Assembly (NCBI GenBank): GCA_902775565.1
Contig: CACYMP010000005.1
Coordinates: forward strand, 17,911 to 81,910
Reading direction: 5' to 3'
DNA length: 64,000 nucleotides
Source: Oscillospiraceae bacterium
Lineage (GTDB): Bacteria; Bacillota; Clostridia; Saccharofermentanales; Saccharofermentanaceae
Position numbers and translations under genes: made by a program. Position 1 is the first letter of the stretch, and every line of letters begins with the position of its first letter. Below, in pieces: positions 16,188 to 25,790 of this stretch. The notes below the pieces were generated by a model, which saw nothing but the letters and a program-made list of their open reading frames with translations, did no database searches and was not told where the DNA came from.

Positions 16188-17810
16188 CTAATTGGCAACA
16201 GCCTTGTGAAGTACGTTTCTTACGGCTCCGGGGCCTTTAAGCAACGCATCGAGACAGCCTTCTATCACGGGTGTCAGACCGGTCTTGTTGATGTCCGTTC
16301 CGAAGACCGTCTCATTGGAAAGAATGCCAGACAATCTGCCTGAGACGCTTTCCTTCATGCCGTATTTTATGCCTTGTGCTTTAAGTTCATTTCTGAAAAA
16401 ATCCGCGAGAGGATCAGAACTTAATTCAAATGCATTTCCATTGTCATCGACTGCAAGAAGATACCTGAGCCACCCTGCGATCACGAGCGGGATGAGCTTA
16501 AGCTCGGGGAGCCTTTCAGGGTAATCGTTAAGATAAGTGCTCAGCGTGATGCCGAATCTTATAGGAAGTTTTTGGCTCGTGTCCGTTGCTATCCTCTGAG
16601 GCGTGTCGGGAAGGAACGGATTCGGGAATCTGTCCTCCAACACCTGCCTGAGAAATGCTTCCGGGTTAAGGATCTTCGGATCGCATACGACCGGCAGACA
16701 TTCGTTATATCCCATTTTTGTAACGAGCGTTCTTAAGTCGTCGTCTTTCATTTCGTCTGATATCTTCGTAAAGCCTAAAAGACATCCGAATATAGCAAGA
16801 GCAGTGTGGAGAGGATTGAGACAAGCGGTGACTTTCATCCTTTCACACTTGTCGACCGTATCCCTGTCGGTAAGGATCGCACCGCCTTTTTCGAGAGCGG
16901 GTCTTCCGTTAGGGAAAAGATCTTCTATTACAAGATATTCAGGCACTTCTGCATTTACGAACGGAGCTGCGAAAACGCCGTTCGTTGTCTTTACGCTCTT
17001 TAAGTTGCTGATACCCAATTCCGTAAGTTTGTTGAGAATATCGTCTGACGGCCTGGGCGTTATCTTGTCTATCATGCTCCAGGGGAAAGCAATCTGCTTC
17101 GGGTCGTTAACATATGAGATAAATCCCTCATCGACAAACCCTTTTTCTTTCCATGCATTGATTATCTCGAGTACTGACGACTTGAGCTTATCGCCGTTGT
17201 GACTGCAGTTGTCCATGCTTACAAGTGCCAGGGGATACCTGCCCGCCTGATATCTCTGATAGAGCAGGGAAGAGATGAATCCCATACATGTTACAGGGTG
17301 CGAAGGACCTTTCTCCATATCGGCCTTTGCGCTTTCGAAAAGATTGCCGTCCGCATCTCTTAATGCGTATCCTTTTTCCGTGATGGTAAATGATATTATC
17401 TGCAAAGAAGGGTTGGCAGCGATTTCATTGAGTCTTTCGATGTTCTCTTTGATATCATAATTGGCTGCGATCGCTTCGGTGATGTTGCCTATGATCTCGT
17501 ATCCGGTATTTCCGTCGCTCTTGAGATCGCAGATGACAGTCAGATTATCGAACGGCTTATATACTCTCTCGAAATTCTCATAATCCATCGTTCCGCAGAC
17601 TATGATGCCCGTGTCAGTCAGTCCCTGATTCAAAAGGCGCTGGTTGATCCTTGCGATGAATGCCCTGAAGATATTGCCGCCGCCGACGTGAAGCCAGGAA
17701 GGCGAAACGGTTGTCTTTAAGATCACTTTGTCTATGTCGTATTCAGGCAAAGCAACGTTTATGCCGTTCCAGAATTCTTTGTTCTTAAGGTTTTCTTTGG
17801 ACAGATCCAT
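16188..17810 (-). CDS. uxuB: Mannitol-dehydrogenase-family oxidoreductase, probably fructuronate reductase (D-mannonate oxidoreductase)
   Basis: N-terminal WLHVGGGNIFRAF dinucleotide motif of the long-chain mannitol dehydrogenase family. Sits next to uxuA. I prefer the start MDLSKENL... at 17810 (AAAGGA RBS). The track start is 17828. Confidence 0.75.
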   Translation of the reverse strand: MDLSKENLKNKEFWNGINVALPEYDIDKVILKTTVSPSWLHVGGGNIFRAFIARINQRLLNQGLTDTGIIVCGTMDYENFERVYKPFDNLTVICDLKSDGNTGYEIIGNITEAIAANYDIKENIERLNEIAANPSLQIISFTITEKGYALRDADGNLFESAKADMEKGPSHPVTCMGFISSLLYQRYQAGRYPLALVSMDNCSHNGDKLKSSVLEIINAWKEKGFVDEGFISYVNDPKQIAFPWSMIDKITPRPSDDILNKLTELGISNLKSVKTTNGVFAAPFVNAEVPEYLVIEDLFPNGRPALEKGGAILTDRDTVDKCERMKVTACLNPLHTALAIFGCLLGFTKISDEMKDDDLRTLVTKMGYNECLPVVCDPKILNPEAFLRQVLEDRFPNPFLPDTPQRIATDTSQKLPIRFGITLSTYLNDYPERLPELKLIPLVIAGWLRYLLAVDDNGNAFELSSDPLADFFRNELKAQGIKYGMKESVSGRLSGILSNETVFGTDINKTGLTPVIEGCLDALLKGPGAVRNVLHKAVAN

Positions 17811-17845
17811 AATTTCAGGTCCTTTCATTTACCGGTTTACCCAGC

Positions 17846-17887
17846 AAAACCGATAACCCTATATATGTTTATAAGATTATCGGTTTT
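17846..17887. other. Perfect 11-bp inverted repeat between uxuA and uxuB
   Basis: AAAACCGATAA (17846-17856), 20 nt, then TTATCGGTTTT (17877-17887). The A-tract/T-tract flanks make it terminator-like in both orientations. Confidence 0.6.
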
Positions 17888-17925
17888 GACGGACAAAATA
17901 TAGAAAGATTTCTTATGTTATTCCG

Positions 17926-18996
17926 TTAGCAGAGTTTGCTGACGGCTTCCCACAGACCATTGATGTAGGTGGCACCCAGTGCGCGGTCATAAAGACCGTA
18001 ACCGGGTCTTCCGACTTCATCCCAGATCATGCGTCCGTGGTCAGGGCGGATGTATCCGTCAAACCCGTTCTCATAAAGAGCTTTTACGATAGCGAGCATA
18101 TCGAGATCACCACAGGAGGAAAGGTGTGCTGATTCGTGGAAGTCGTTATCGGTCTCGTGTTTGACGTTCCTTAAGTGGACGAAATGGATCTTGCCCTCGG
18201 ATGCGAATGTCTTCGCGATATCCGTAACGTCGTTATGGATGCCTGCTCCGAGGCTTCCCGTGCAGAGGGTAAGTCCGTTTCTCTTTGAAGGATTAAGATT
18301 CAGATAAGTATCGATGGATTCCTTGCTGTTAACGACCTTGGGAAGGTTGAACAGAGGCATCGGAGGATCATCCGGATGCACGGCGAAATTGATGTCGCAT
18401 TCTTCTGCAACAGGAATGACCGCATCAAGGAAATACTTAATGTTCTTGAAATAATCTTCAGATGACATGCTCTGATAAAACTTAATGTCTTCAGACATCT
18501 GCGCAAATCTTTCGGGTTCCCATCCGGGAAGGCTGAAATTGTGCGAGCCGTCTATCATGGAAGAAGTGATCTTTTCCAATGTGAGCTTGACCGCATCACT
18601 GTGGCTGTATGCCATGGTGTTGCTGCCGTCGGGAAGCTCTTTTGCGAGGTTGCTCCTGTACCAGTCCATGACGGGCATGAAGTTGTAGCAGATGCATTTG
18701 ACGCCTGCCTTTGCGAGGTTCCTCATCGAGATGATGTAGTTCTCGATAAGTTTATCTCTGGAAGGGAGGCCCTTCTTGATGTCTTCGTGAATATTAAGGC
18801 TTTCGATGACTTCCATCTCAAGTCCGTATGAATTGATCTCATCTTTTACAAGATTGATCTCTTCATCAGTCCAGATCTCACCGACGGGTATCCTTGTAAG
18901 GTGTGTGGCCACACCGCTGACTCCCGGTATCTGCTTTATCTGTTTAAGTTTTACGCTGTCATCACCGTACGGAAACCACCGCAAGACCAATTTCAT
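17926..18996 (-). CDS. uxuA: Mannonate dehydratase
   Basis: N-terminus MKLVLRWFPYGDDSVKLKQIKQIPGVSGV matches the UxuA pattern. ~356 aa. Hexuronate gene context. Confidence 0.9.
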   Translation of the reverse strand: MKLVLRWFPYGDDSVKLKQIKQIPGVSGVATHLTRIPVGEIWTDEEINLVKDEINSYGLEMEVIESLNIHEDIKKGLPSRDKLIENYIISMRNLAKAGVKCICYNFMPVMDWYRSNLAKELPDGSNTMAYSHSDAVKLTLEKITSSMIDGSHNFSLPGWEPERFAQMSEDIKFYQSMSSEDYFKNIKYFLDAVIPVAEECDINFAVHPDDPPMPLFNLPKVVNSKESIDTYLNLNPSKRNGLTLCTGSLGAGIHNDVTDIAKTFASEGKIHFVHLRNVKHETDNDFHESAHLSSCGDLDMLAIVKALYENGFDGYIRPDHGRMIWDEVGRPGYGLYDRALGATYINGLWEAVSKLC

Positions 18997-19023
18997 ATCA
19001 ATAACAACCCCGAAATAGTATTC

Positions 19024-19055
19024 AAAGAGAGTTTCGCTTATGCTAAACTCTCTTT
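19024..19055 (-). terminator. Hairpin downstream of the yesL/small-membrane-protein pair (probable terminator)
   Basis: AAAGAGAGTTT-10 nt-AAACTCTCTTT is a perfect 11-bp inverted repeat. The T-run forms part of the 3' arm, so the call is marginal. Confidence 0.45.
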
Positions 19056-19067
19056 ATGCCTACTAGC

Positions 19068-19076
19068 ATACTAGCA
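19068..19076 (-). promoter_or_regulatory. Candidate extended -10 element for uxuA
   Basis: The minus strand reads TGCTAGTAT (TGn + TAGTAT) about 72 nt upstream of the uxuA ATG. It is part of a tandem TACTAGCA x2 repeat on the plus strand (19061-19076). Confidence 0.35.
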
Positions 19077-19171
19077 AGCGCGATTTATGTCAATAGAACA
19101 TGACATATGTAAATGTTAACGCAGGGCAGGGTTTTTAAAACCTGCCAAAATATAGCAAAACAGGGGATAAG

Positions 19172-19555
19172 TTATTCAGTTCCCTCGGGTATATCTTCGG
19201 AGCTGCTTTCCGGTCTTCTCGTTCTCGGCTTGAACAATTTGAAGAGAAGAGGGACAAAAATGATAAAGCCGAACATCTTGATGACTTCACCTAATGAGAC
19301 GAGATAGACTGTAGAGACATCATAATGCTCTTCGGTTACGGCCGTAAGGTTCGTGCATGTCCTTACTACTCCATATAAGAGCAGTCCTATGATTATGAGC
19401 GCGGTGCTGATGACAGTCATCTTTAAAGGCACGGTCTCATACTTCTCGGGATTGAGTTTTTTGACTGACAGAAAGATACCGAGGAAGACAAATATAACTG
19501 CCAGAACACCGCAGATTAACTGTATAAGATTATAATATTCACTCATTGCCTTCAT
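19172..19555 (-). CDS. Small integral membrane protein (3 TM), unknown function
   Basis: 127-aa ORF with three hydrophobic helices. It overlaps the stop of the upstream yesL-like gene, which suggests coupling. Confidence 0.5.
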   Translation of the reverse strand: MKAMSEYYNLIQLICGVLAVIFVFLGIFLSVKKLNPEKYETVPLKMTVISTALIIIGLLLYGVVRTCTNLTAVTEEHYDVSTVYLVSLGEVIKMFGFIIFVPLLFKLFKPRTRRPESSSEDIPEGTE

Positions 19556-20189
19556 CCTTTTCTTCCTGAGATTTGATCCTGCTGATCACAGATGAAAATG
19601 CCTTTTCAGTGATCATCCCGGTCAGATACATAGCGCCGGTCGGAACCAGAAGTAATGCCGGCGGAAAAGCAACGCATATCAGTAAGGCAGTTGCTGCTAT
19701 AAGCCATATGAGAAGGAATCTCGGGAAATTTATCATGCACATTGTAAAGCTGTTCTTGATGGTTCCTTTTACCGAGTTGGAAAACCTTGCAACGAGCGGA
19801 TATAGGAATGGCATGGTAAACACGAGCGGAAGGACAGGTATAAATGATATAACGGTATACCATTCAGGGAGCTTGATCCCGTTGAATCCGAATAATGAAA
19901 AATAGATATTGAATCCGACGACAGCCGAATAAACCGAATAGATGATATGGATGATGATGCCGTTTTTGAGATTGCATTTAAATGCATTGAAAAAATCTCT
20001 GGAAATGTCATCGCTCTTCTTAGCGTACTTGCGGTAAACGGTGTAATACAAAGCTGAGATCGAGACACCTATTGTAACAACGGGAAGACAGCCGACGACA
20101 AATAATAAAGAGATGATTACAACATCTCCTATCGCTTTTCCGGCTTTATAAAGCCAGCTGTTGGTAATGTGATCAAAAGTATTTTTCAT
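19539..20189 (-). CDS. YesL-family (DUF624) membrane protein
   Basis: N-terminus ...LYKAGKAIGDVVIISLLFVVGCLPVVTIGVSISALYYTVYRK is characteristic of DUF624/YesL proteins, which accompany sugar ABC systems. Confidence 0.75.
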   Translation of the reverse strand: MKNTFDHITNSWLYKAGKAIGDVVIISLLFVVGCLPVVTIGVSISALYYTVYRKYAKKSDDISRDFFNAFKCNLKNGIIIHIIYSVYSAVVGFNIYFSLFGFNGIKLPEWYTVISFIPVLPLVFTMPFLYPLVARFSNSVKGTIKNSFTMCMINFPRFLLIWLIAATALLICVAFPPALLLVPTGAMYLTGMITEKAFSSVISRIKSQEEKDEGNE

Positions 20190-20436
20190 AAACTCTCAGC
20201 TTTCTTGCAGTCAGTATAAAAGTGAATAAATCAAAAAGCAACGAACGTAAGATGGCGTGTCAGACCAAACAAACACAGGCAACTATTATAACGGTTGCAC
20301 AAATCATTGCATTCTAGACGGGTAACATCTTGACATATAGTCAAAGCGGTGTTAATCTCAATGCAAGTCAACTAACATGCAAGTATGCAAGAGCAGTTAA
20401 CTTGAGATTTGACTATTGTTTATCGGGTGAGTCGGG

Positions 20437-21417
20437 ATGAGTGAAAAAAAGGAATACAGACATACGGTAAGCCAGGATGAAGACTGGTCTCCGATCAAGA
20501 TTTCGATCAACAAGAGGATCATTAAGGACGTCCATGTCAACTGGCAGCTCTATTTAATGTTTCTCCTGCCTGTAATCTATTACATCATCTTCCGTTATAT
20601 TCCTATGTTCGGAAATATCCTTGCATTCAGGAAGTACACATCTGGCGGCAACATCTTCGGTGAAGGTCCCCTCACATTAAAATATTTCAAGCAGTTCATT
20701 ACCGGCAAGCCGTTCTGGCAGGCCTTTTCTAATACTCTTATCCTTAACGGACTTTATCTCCTTTTCAGATTCCCGTTAACTCTGATCTTTGCATTGTTAT
20801 TAAATGAGATAAGAAATCTTCACTGGAAAAAATTCGTTCAGACTGTTTCTTATCTTCCTCACTTTATCTCCATGGTCATCGTCTGCGGCATGATCAAGGA
20901 ACTCCTCTCGACGAGCGGTCCTATCAATGATGTTATTGCAAAGCTCGGCGGAGAGAAGATAAGCTTCATATCTCTTGCAGAATGGTTCAGAACTATTTTC
21001 GTAGCATCAGGTGTATGGCAGAGCTTAGGCTGGGGAACTATCCTTTATCTGGCTGCTATGTCAGGTATCAATCCTTCGCTTTATGAAGCTGCGACTGTTG
21101 ACGGCGCAAATCATTTCCAGCAGGTACTTCACGTTACAATACCTTGTATCTTACCTACGATCGCAACGCTCCTTATCCTTGATATCGGTGGTCTTGTAGG
21201 TTCAGGCGGAGCTTTCGAGAAAGTTTACCTTCTCTATAGCCCTCTTACATATGAGACAAGTGATATCGTTTCCACTTACGTTTTCAGAATGGGTATCGAA
21301 TCAGGAAGCATCAACTTTGCTACGGCAGTCGGCATGTTCGAAGGCGTCATAAATCTTATCCTTCTGACTATTGCAAACTTCGTTTCACGTAAAGTCGCGA
21401 ACACGAGTCTTTGGTAA
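20437..21417 (+). CDS. Carbohydrate ABC transporter permease (LplB/YtcP-like)
   Basis: 6-TM MalF-type permease with an EAA-like loop (SLYEAATVDGANHFQQVLHVTIP). Confidence 0.85.
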   Translation: MSEKKEYRHTVSQDEDWSPIKISINKRIIKDVHVNWQLYLMFLLPVIYYIIFRYIPMFGNILAFRKYTSGGNIFGEGPLTLKYFKQFITGKPFWQAFSNTLILNGLYLLFRFPLTLIFALLLNEIRNLHWKKFVQTVSYLPHFISMVIVCGMIKELLSTSGPINDVIAKLGGEKISFISLAEWFRTIFVASGVWQSLGWGTILYLAAMSGINPSLYEAATVDGANHFQQVLHVTIPCILPTIATLLILDIGGLVGSGGAFEKVYLLYSPLTYETSDIVSTYVFRMGIESGSINFATAVGMFEGVINLILLTIANFVSRKVANTSLW

Positions 21418-21428
21418 GGAGATTGGAT

Positions 21429-22352
21429 ATGAGCGATAACAATAAGACAGAACTCAGATTGGATGAGATACATATCCATAATCCTAAGAATAAGATCAAG
21501 GAATCAACCGGATACAGAGTATTTACAGTCTTCAATACTATCATCATGATACTTGTTGCAGTAGCGACGCTCTATCCGTTCCTTTATCTGGTATCACAGT
21601 CGTTTACATCCACACAGGCTATCATCGAAGGATACACCGGACTTGTTCCCAAGGGTTTTAACGTAGATACATATGCTTATGTTCTCACGCGCAACGATTA
21701 CGAGTTCTTAAGATACTACCTTAATACGATTATCTATACGGTAATAGGAACGGTACTTTCGCTGTTCTTCTCATCGATCCTTGCATATCCGCTTTCAAAG
21801 CCGAATCTGCGGATCAACAAGATCCTTTCGCCTTTCATCATCTTCACGATGTATTTCGGCGGCGGACTGATGGCAAACTACGTCCTCATGCTCAAGCTCG
21901 GACTTAAGAACTCCATGTGGGGTTTTATCCTCCCGATGCTCATCAGCACATATTACGTAATCCTCATGAGATCGTTCTTCATGAGCATCCCCAAAGATCT
22001 TGAAGAAGCAGGCGAGATCGACGGACTCAACAAGTGGGGAGTCTTCTGGTTTATCGCAAGGCCTCTTTCAACACCAATCATTGCAACGATGACACTGTTC
22101 TATGCAGTCATGTACTGGAACAACTGGTTCAATGCAAAGCTCTATCTCCAGGATAAGACAAAGTGGCCGGTAGCATACTTCCTGCAGACCATCATAAGAG
22201 GCGCGGGTTCATCGGAGCCTGATGCACAGTCCATGACCGCAAACATAAAATCATGCGCAATGGTGCTTACTGTTCTGCCTATCATCTGCATTTATCCGGC
22301 AATTCAAAAATACTACGTTCAGGGCATGATGCTCGGCGGCGTAAAAGAGTGA
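21429..22352 (+). CDS. Carbohydrate ABC transporter permease (LplC-like)
   Basis: MalG-type permease with the loop LEEAGEIDGLNKWGVFWFIARP. ATG at 21429 preceded by AGGAG. Confidence 0.85.
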   Translation: MSDNNKTELRLDEIHIHNPKNKIKESTGYRVFTVFNTIIMILVAVATLYPFLYLVSQSFTSTQAIIEGYTGLVPKGFNVDTYAYVLTRNDYEFLRYYLNTIIYTVIGTVLSLFFSSILAYPLSKPNLRINKILSPFIIFTMYFGGGLMANYVLMLKLGLKNSMWGFILPMLISTYYVILMRSFFMSIPKDLEEAGEIDGLNKWGVFWFIARPLSTPIIATMTLFYAVMYWNNWFNAKLYLQDKTKWPVAYFLQTIIRGAGSSEPDAQSMTANIKSCAMVLTVLPIICIYPAIQKYYVQGMMLGGVKE

Positions 22353-22409
22353 TCTTGTGCTAAATGGGTTAAGCCCAGAGCAATATAAAAGAAAAGAAAG
22401 GAAGCAATT

Positions 22410-24149
22410 ATGAAGACAACAAAACTTACTAAAAAAGTTGCATCTGTCGGTCTTGCTATCACTATGCTTTCCGGCCTGGCAGCATGTAACGGCGGTGCAG
22501 CACAGACTTCAGAGATCACGACTCTTCCGAGCCAGATCGAGACAAGTGAGACTGAAGAAAAGGTGCCTTACGAGTTCGGTCTTGGAAAAACATTCAAGGC
22601 TGAGAAGCCCGTCACCTACACCATGTTCTTCAGTGATGCATCTTGGTATCCCTACGTTGAGACATGGAAGACAGAGGGTGTTTTCAAGGAAATCGAGAAG
22701 AGAACAAACGTTACTCTTGACCTCAAGTCTTACGACAGCAACGACTACATGGATCAGATCACACTCGATATCCAGGCAGGCAACGCTGCTTACATCATCC
22801 CTAAGATCTACGATGATTCCAAGTTCGTTGACGGCGGCGCTATCGTACCTATTTCCGACTATGTAAAGTACATGCCTTACTACACGGATTTCTACAACAA
22901 GTACGATCTTTCAAAGGACATCCAGACCATCACAAGATCCAACGGTAAGTACTATAAGCTTCCCGGTATGAAGGAAAAGAACCTCATCAACTATTCTTTC
23001 GTTATCAGAAAGGATATCTGGGATGCAGCAGGCGTTGACGTTGTTGCACTTCAGAAGACATGGACATGGGCAGATTTCCGTGAAGCTCTCAAGAAGGTAA
23101 AGGCTTACATGGTCTCCCAGAAGATGTGCAAAGAGAAGGATTACATCTGGTCCGATCTCTGGTGCGGAAATGAATCAGGTAAGAACAGTGGCGGTAACCT
23201 CTTAGGCGTTATGGCAGCTACATATGATTGCAATGCCGGATGGAATATCGGCAACGGCATGAGATACAACAAGGATCAGGACAAGTTCTTGTTCTCACCT
23301 ACAACAGACGGATACAAGGAATTCCTCACGGTAGCTAACAGCTTCATCAAGGAAGGCCTCCTCGATCCCGAGACATTTACACAGGACGATGCTACTGCAA
23401 CAGCTAAGTACTACAACGGCAAGACAGCTATCATGTCCATCAACCAGGGCCAGTATGCCAACTACGAAGAGAACATGACAAAGCAGCTTGGCGCAGGCAA
23501 GTATGAGAACTATGTAATCACGATCCCTGTAGGCGTTAACAACTATTCTTCTGTTGACCCTGCAAGACTTGAGAACGGTGTCATGATCTCCAAGAAGGCA
23601 CTCGACGAACTCGGAGAAAAGGACTTCATCCAGATGCTCAGATTCGTTGACTGGCTCTTCTATTCTCACGAAGCATACGATCTCACAAAGTGGGGCATTA
23701 AGGACGTTCACTATACAGAGGACGCTGATGGCAGAAAGACACTTAAGGAAGGCTTCTGCTGCTCAGGTCTCGGTTACGGAAACAACGCTGAAAAGACTCT
23801 GACAGACATCAGACTTAAGTGGGGTTATGCAGGCGGTAACTTCTGGTATGGCGGAACAGTTGCAGAGATGTCTGACAACCTCATTCCTCCCGTTCAGGAT
23901 TACATCAACCGTGATCTTTCTGACAGAACAGGACTCCCTCTGCCTCCGGCAATCTTCCCTACACCTGATCAGAATGAGCAGATCAACAACATCGCTACAC
24001 CTTTGATCAGTAACGTAAATGCTTGGACGCTCAAGTTCGTTACAGGTCAGGCTGATATCGAGAAGCAGTGGGACGAGTACAAGAAGTCCTGCGAAGGTCT
24101 CAACCAGAAGGGTCTTGAAGATCTCTACGCTGAACTCTACAAGAAGTAA
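22410..24149 (+). CDS. Large extracellular solute-binding lipoprotein (LplA-like)
   Basis: Signal peptide with lipobox LSGLAACNG. ~580 aa, typical of family-1 SBPs that pair with LplBC permeases. Confidence 0.85.
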   Translation: MKTTKLTKKVASVGLAITMLSGLAACNGGAAQTSEITTLPSQIETSETEEKVPYEFGLGKTFKAEKPVTYTMFFSDASWYPYVETWKTEGVFKEIEKRTNVTLDLKSYDSNDYMDQITLDIQAGNAAYIIPKIYDDSKFVDGGAIVPISDYVKYMPYYTDFYNKYDLSKDIQTITRSNGKYYKLPGMKEKNLINYSFVIRKDIWDAAGVDVVALQKTWTWADFREALKKVKAYMVSQKMCKEKDYIWSDLWCGNESGKNSGGNLLGVMAATYDCNAGWNIGNGMRYNKDQDKFLFSPTTDGYKEFLTVANSFIKEGLLDPETFTQDDATATAKYYNGKTAIMSINQGQYANYEENMTKQLGAGKYENYVITIPVGVNNYSSVDPARLENGVMISKKALDELGEKDFIQMLRFVDWLFYSHEAYDLTKWGIKDVHYTEDADGRKTLKEGFCCSGLGYGNNAEKTLTDIRLKWGYAGGNFWYGGTVAEMSDNLIPPVQDYINRDLSDRTGLPLPPAIFPTPDQNEQINNIATPLISNVNAWTLKFVTGQADIEKQWDEYKKSCEGLNQKGLEDLYAELYKK

Positions 24150-24180
24150 TAAGGTTTTCCCCTAAACTTTTATAGCAAAG

Positions 24181-24210
24181 AAATGCCGTCCCGCCCGGGG
24201 CGGCATTTTT
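24181..24210 (+). terminator. Rho-independent terminator after the SBP gene
   Basis: AAATGCCGTCCC-GCCC-GGGGCGGCATTTTT: a ~12-bp stem followed by a T-run. Confidence 0.75.
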
Positions 24211-24222
24211 GCATATAAAAAA

Positions 24223-24248
24223 CTCTCATGAAAAAGGATTCATGAGAG
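24223..24248 (-). terminator. Rho-independent terminator after uxaC
   Basis: CTCTCATGAA-AAAGGA-TTCATGAGAG. On the minus strand it is followed by TTTTTAT. Confidence 0.7.
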
Positions 24249-24275
24249 CTTTCTATTTATCCAACAACAGATAAG

Positions 24276-25685
24276 TTAGTTTCCAAATAACAGATCACTT
24301 GAGTTCTTATAACATACACGCTCAATAAGATCCTTGAGGATACGCTTGTCGTAAGGGAATCTTCCGCGCTCGATCTCAGTGCCCAGGAAATTGCAGAAGA
24401 TCCTTCTGAAGTATTCATGCCTTGTGTAGGACAGGAAGCACCTTGAATCAGTAAGCATTCCGACAAAGCAGGGAAGAAGACTCTGTGCGCAAAGTGACCT
24501 TAAGTGATCTTCTATTCCAACCAGGTTGTCATTGAACCACCATGCCGCACCGTGCTGGATCTTGCCGGGTATGCTGCCGTCGTTAAAGCATCCGCAGAGG
24601 GTATCGATCACTGTGTTGTCAGTGGGGTTCAGAGAATAGATTATCATGCGCGGCAAAAGACCTTCGCTGTTTAACTGATCCATGAATCCTGAAAGAGGAT
24701 TCAGGAAATCATTTGCACCTGTGATCGTGTCACATCCGCAGTTGATCCCTGCCTTGCTTAACATGACCGAATTAACGTTTCTCTTGCATCCGAAATGAAG
24801 CTGCATAGTCCATTTACGCTTAGCGTATTCACGCGCGAAAAACAGCATAAGATCTGTTTTGTAAGCAGTGATCTCTTCAGCAGTTAAAGATGCATCCTTT
24901 GATATGGTCTTCTTTTTGAAAACCTCATCGGAAGAGATCTTAACATCCTTTGAATATCTGATGTATTCGGTTCCGTGATCGGCAATGACGCAGCCGTGTG
25001 AAGCGAAATGATCAAGCCTTGAAATAAGTGCTTTTTTAAGTGAAGCAATCGAGTCGATCCTGATGCCTGATACAGCTTCGAGCTTTTCAACGTAAGAGTT
25101 AAAGCTGTCCTTCTCGATGTCTACTATGTTGTCAGGTCTGAATGCCGGTAAGACCTTGGGACCGAATCCGGACTCTCTGATCTGTTCATGATAGATAAGT
25201 GAATCACAAGGATCATCGGTCGTGCATATTGCCTCGACATTTGAAGATAGCATGATGCTCCTTGCAGAGAGCTTTCCTGATGCGAGGATCTCATTTGTTT
25301 TATTCCATATCTCTTCCGCGTTTTCAACGGTAAGAGGTTCATCGATACCGAAGTATCTTGCAAGCTCGAGATTTGTCCAGTGGTAGAGAGGATTACCGAA
25401 TGCGGATTCAACTGCCTTGGCCCACATCATGAATTTCTCTTTGTCTGATGCATCACCGGTGATAAATCTTTCATCAATTCCGCATGCTCTCATAAGACGC
25501 CACTTATAGTGATCGCCGCTGAGCCAGAGTTCGGTCAGGTTCTTGGAATGCTTATCTTCCGCGATCTCTTTTGATTCGATGTGGCAGTGATAGTCAACGA
25601 TCGGAAGATCTTTTGCAAATGAGTTATAGAGTTCTTTCGCGGTGTTGTTTTCAAGAAGAAAATCGTCACAAATAAAGCTTTTCAT
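24276..25685 (-). CDS. uxaC: Glucuronate isomerase
   Basis: N-terminus MKSFICDDFLLENNTAKELY...LPIVDYHCHI is the UxaC signature. 469 aa. Confidence 0.9.
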   Translation of the reverse strand: MKSFICDDFLLENNTAKELYNSFAKDLPIVDYHCHIESKEIAEDKHSKNLTELWLSGDHYKWRLMRACGIDERFITGDASDKEKFMMWAKAVESAFGNPLYHWTNLELARYFGIDEPLTVENAEEIWNKTNEILASGKLSARSIMLSSNVEAICTTDDPCDSLIYHEQIRESGFGPKVLPAFRPDNIVDIEKDSFNSYVEKLEAVSGIRIDSIASLKKALISRLDHFASHGCVIADHGTEYIRYSKDVKISSDEVFKKKTISKDASLTAEEITAYKTDLMLFFAREYAKRKWTMQLHFGCKRNVNSVMLSKAGINCGCDTITGANDFLNPLSGFMDQLNSEGLLPRMIIYSLNPTDNTVIDTLCGCFNDGSIPGKIQHGAAWWFNDNLVGIEDHLRSLCAQSLLPCFVGMLTDSRCFLSYTRHEYFRRIFCNFLGTEIERGRFPYDKRILKDLIERVCYKNSSDLLFGN

Positions 25686-25753
25686 AGTCCACCTCTAAAA
25701 GTATCTGACGGATATAGATTAACTAATTTTCGCTGTCGCCGCAACTAAAAATA

Positions 25754-25762
25754 TGCTAGAAT
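25754..25762 (+). promoter_or_regulatory. Candidate extended -10 element for eda-kdgK
   Basis: TGCTAGAAT (TGn + TAGAAT) about 29 nt upstream of the eda ATG. Confidence 0.4.
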
Positions 25763-25790
25763 ACAAGTTAACAAATTCGAGGTGTTTCAC

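Noticed and set aside
19061-19076. Perfect tandem 8-mer TACTAGCA x2 upstream of uxuA, with a related ATGCTAGAA upstream of eda (25753-25761), considered as a shared regulator motif
   Set aside because: Both read as extended -10 promoter elements (TGCTAGTAT and TGCTAGAAT) on the coding strands of their genes, which explains the similarity. An operator role cannot be excluded, but nothing I can see requires it.
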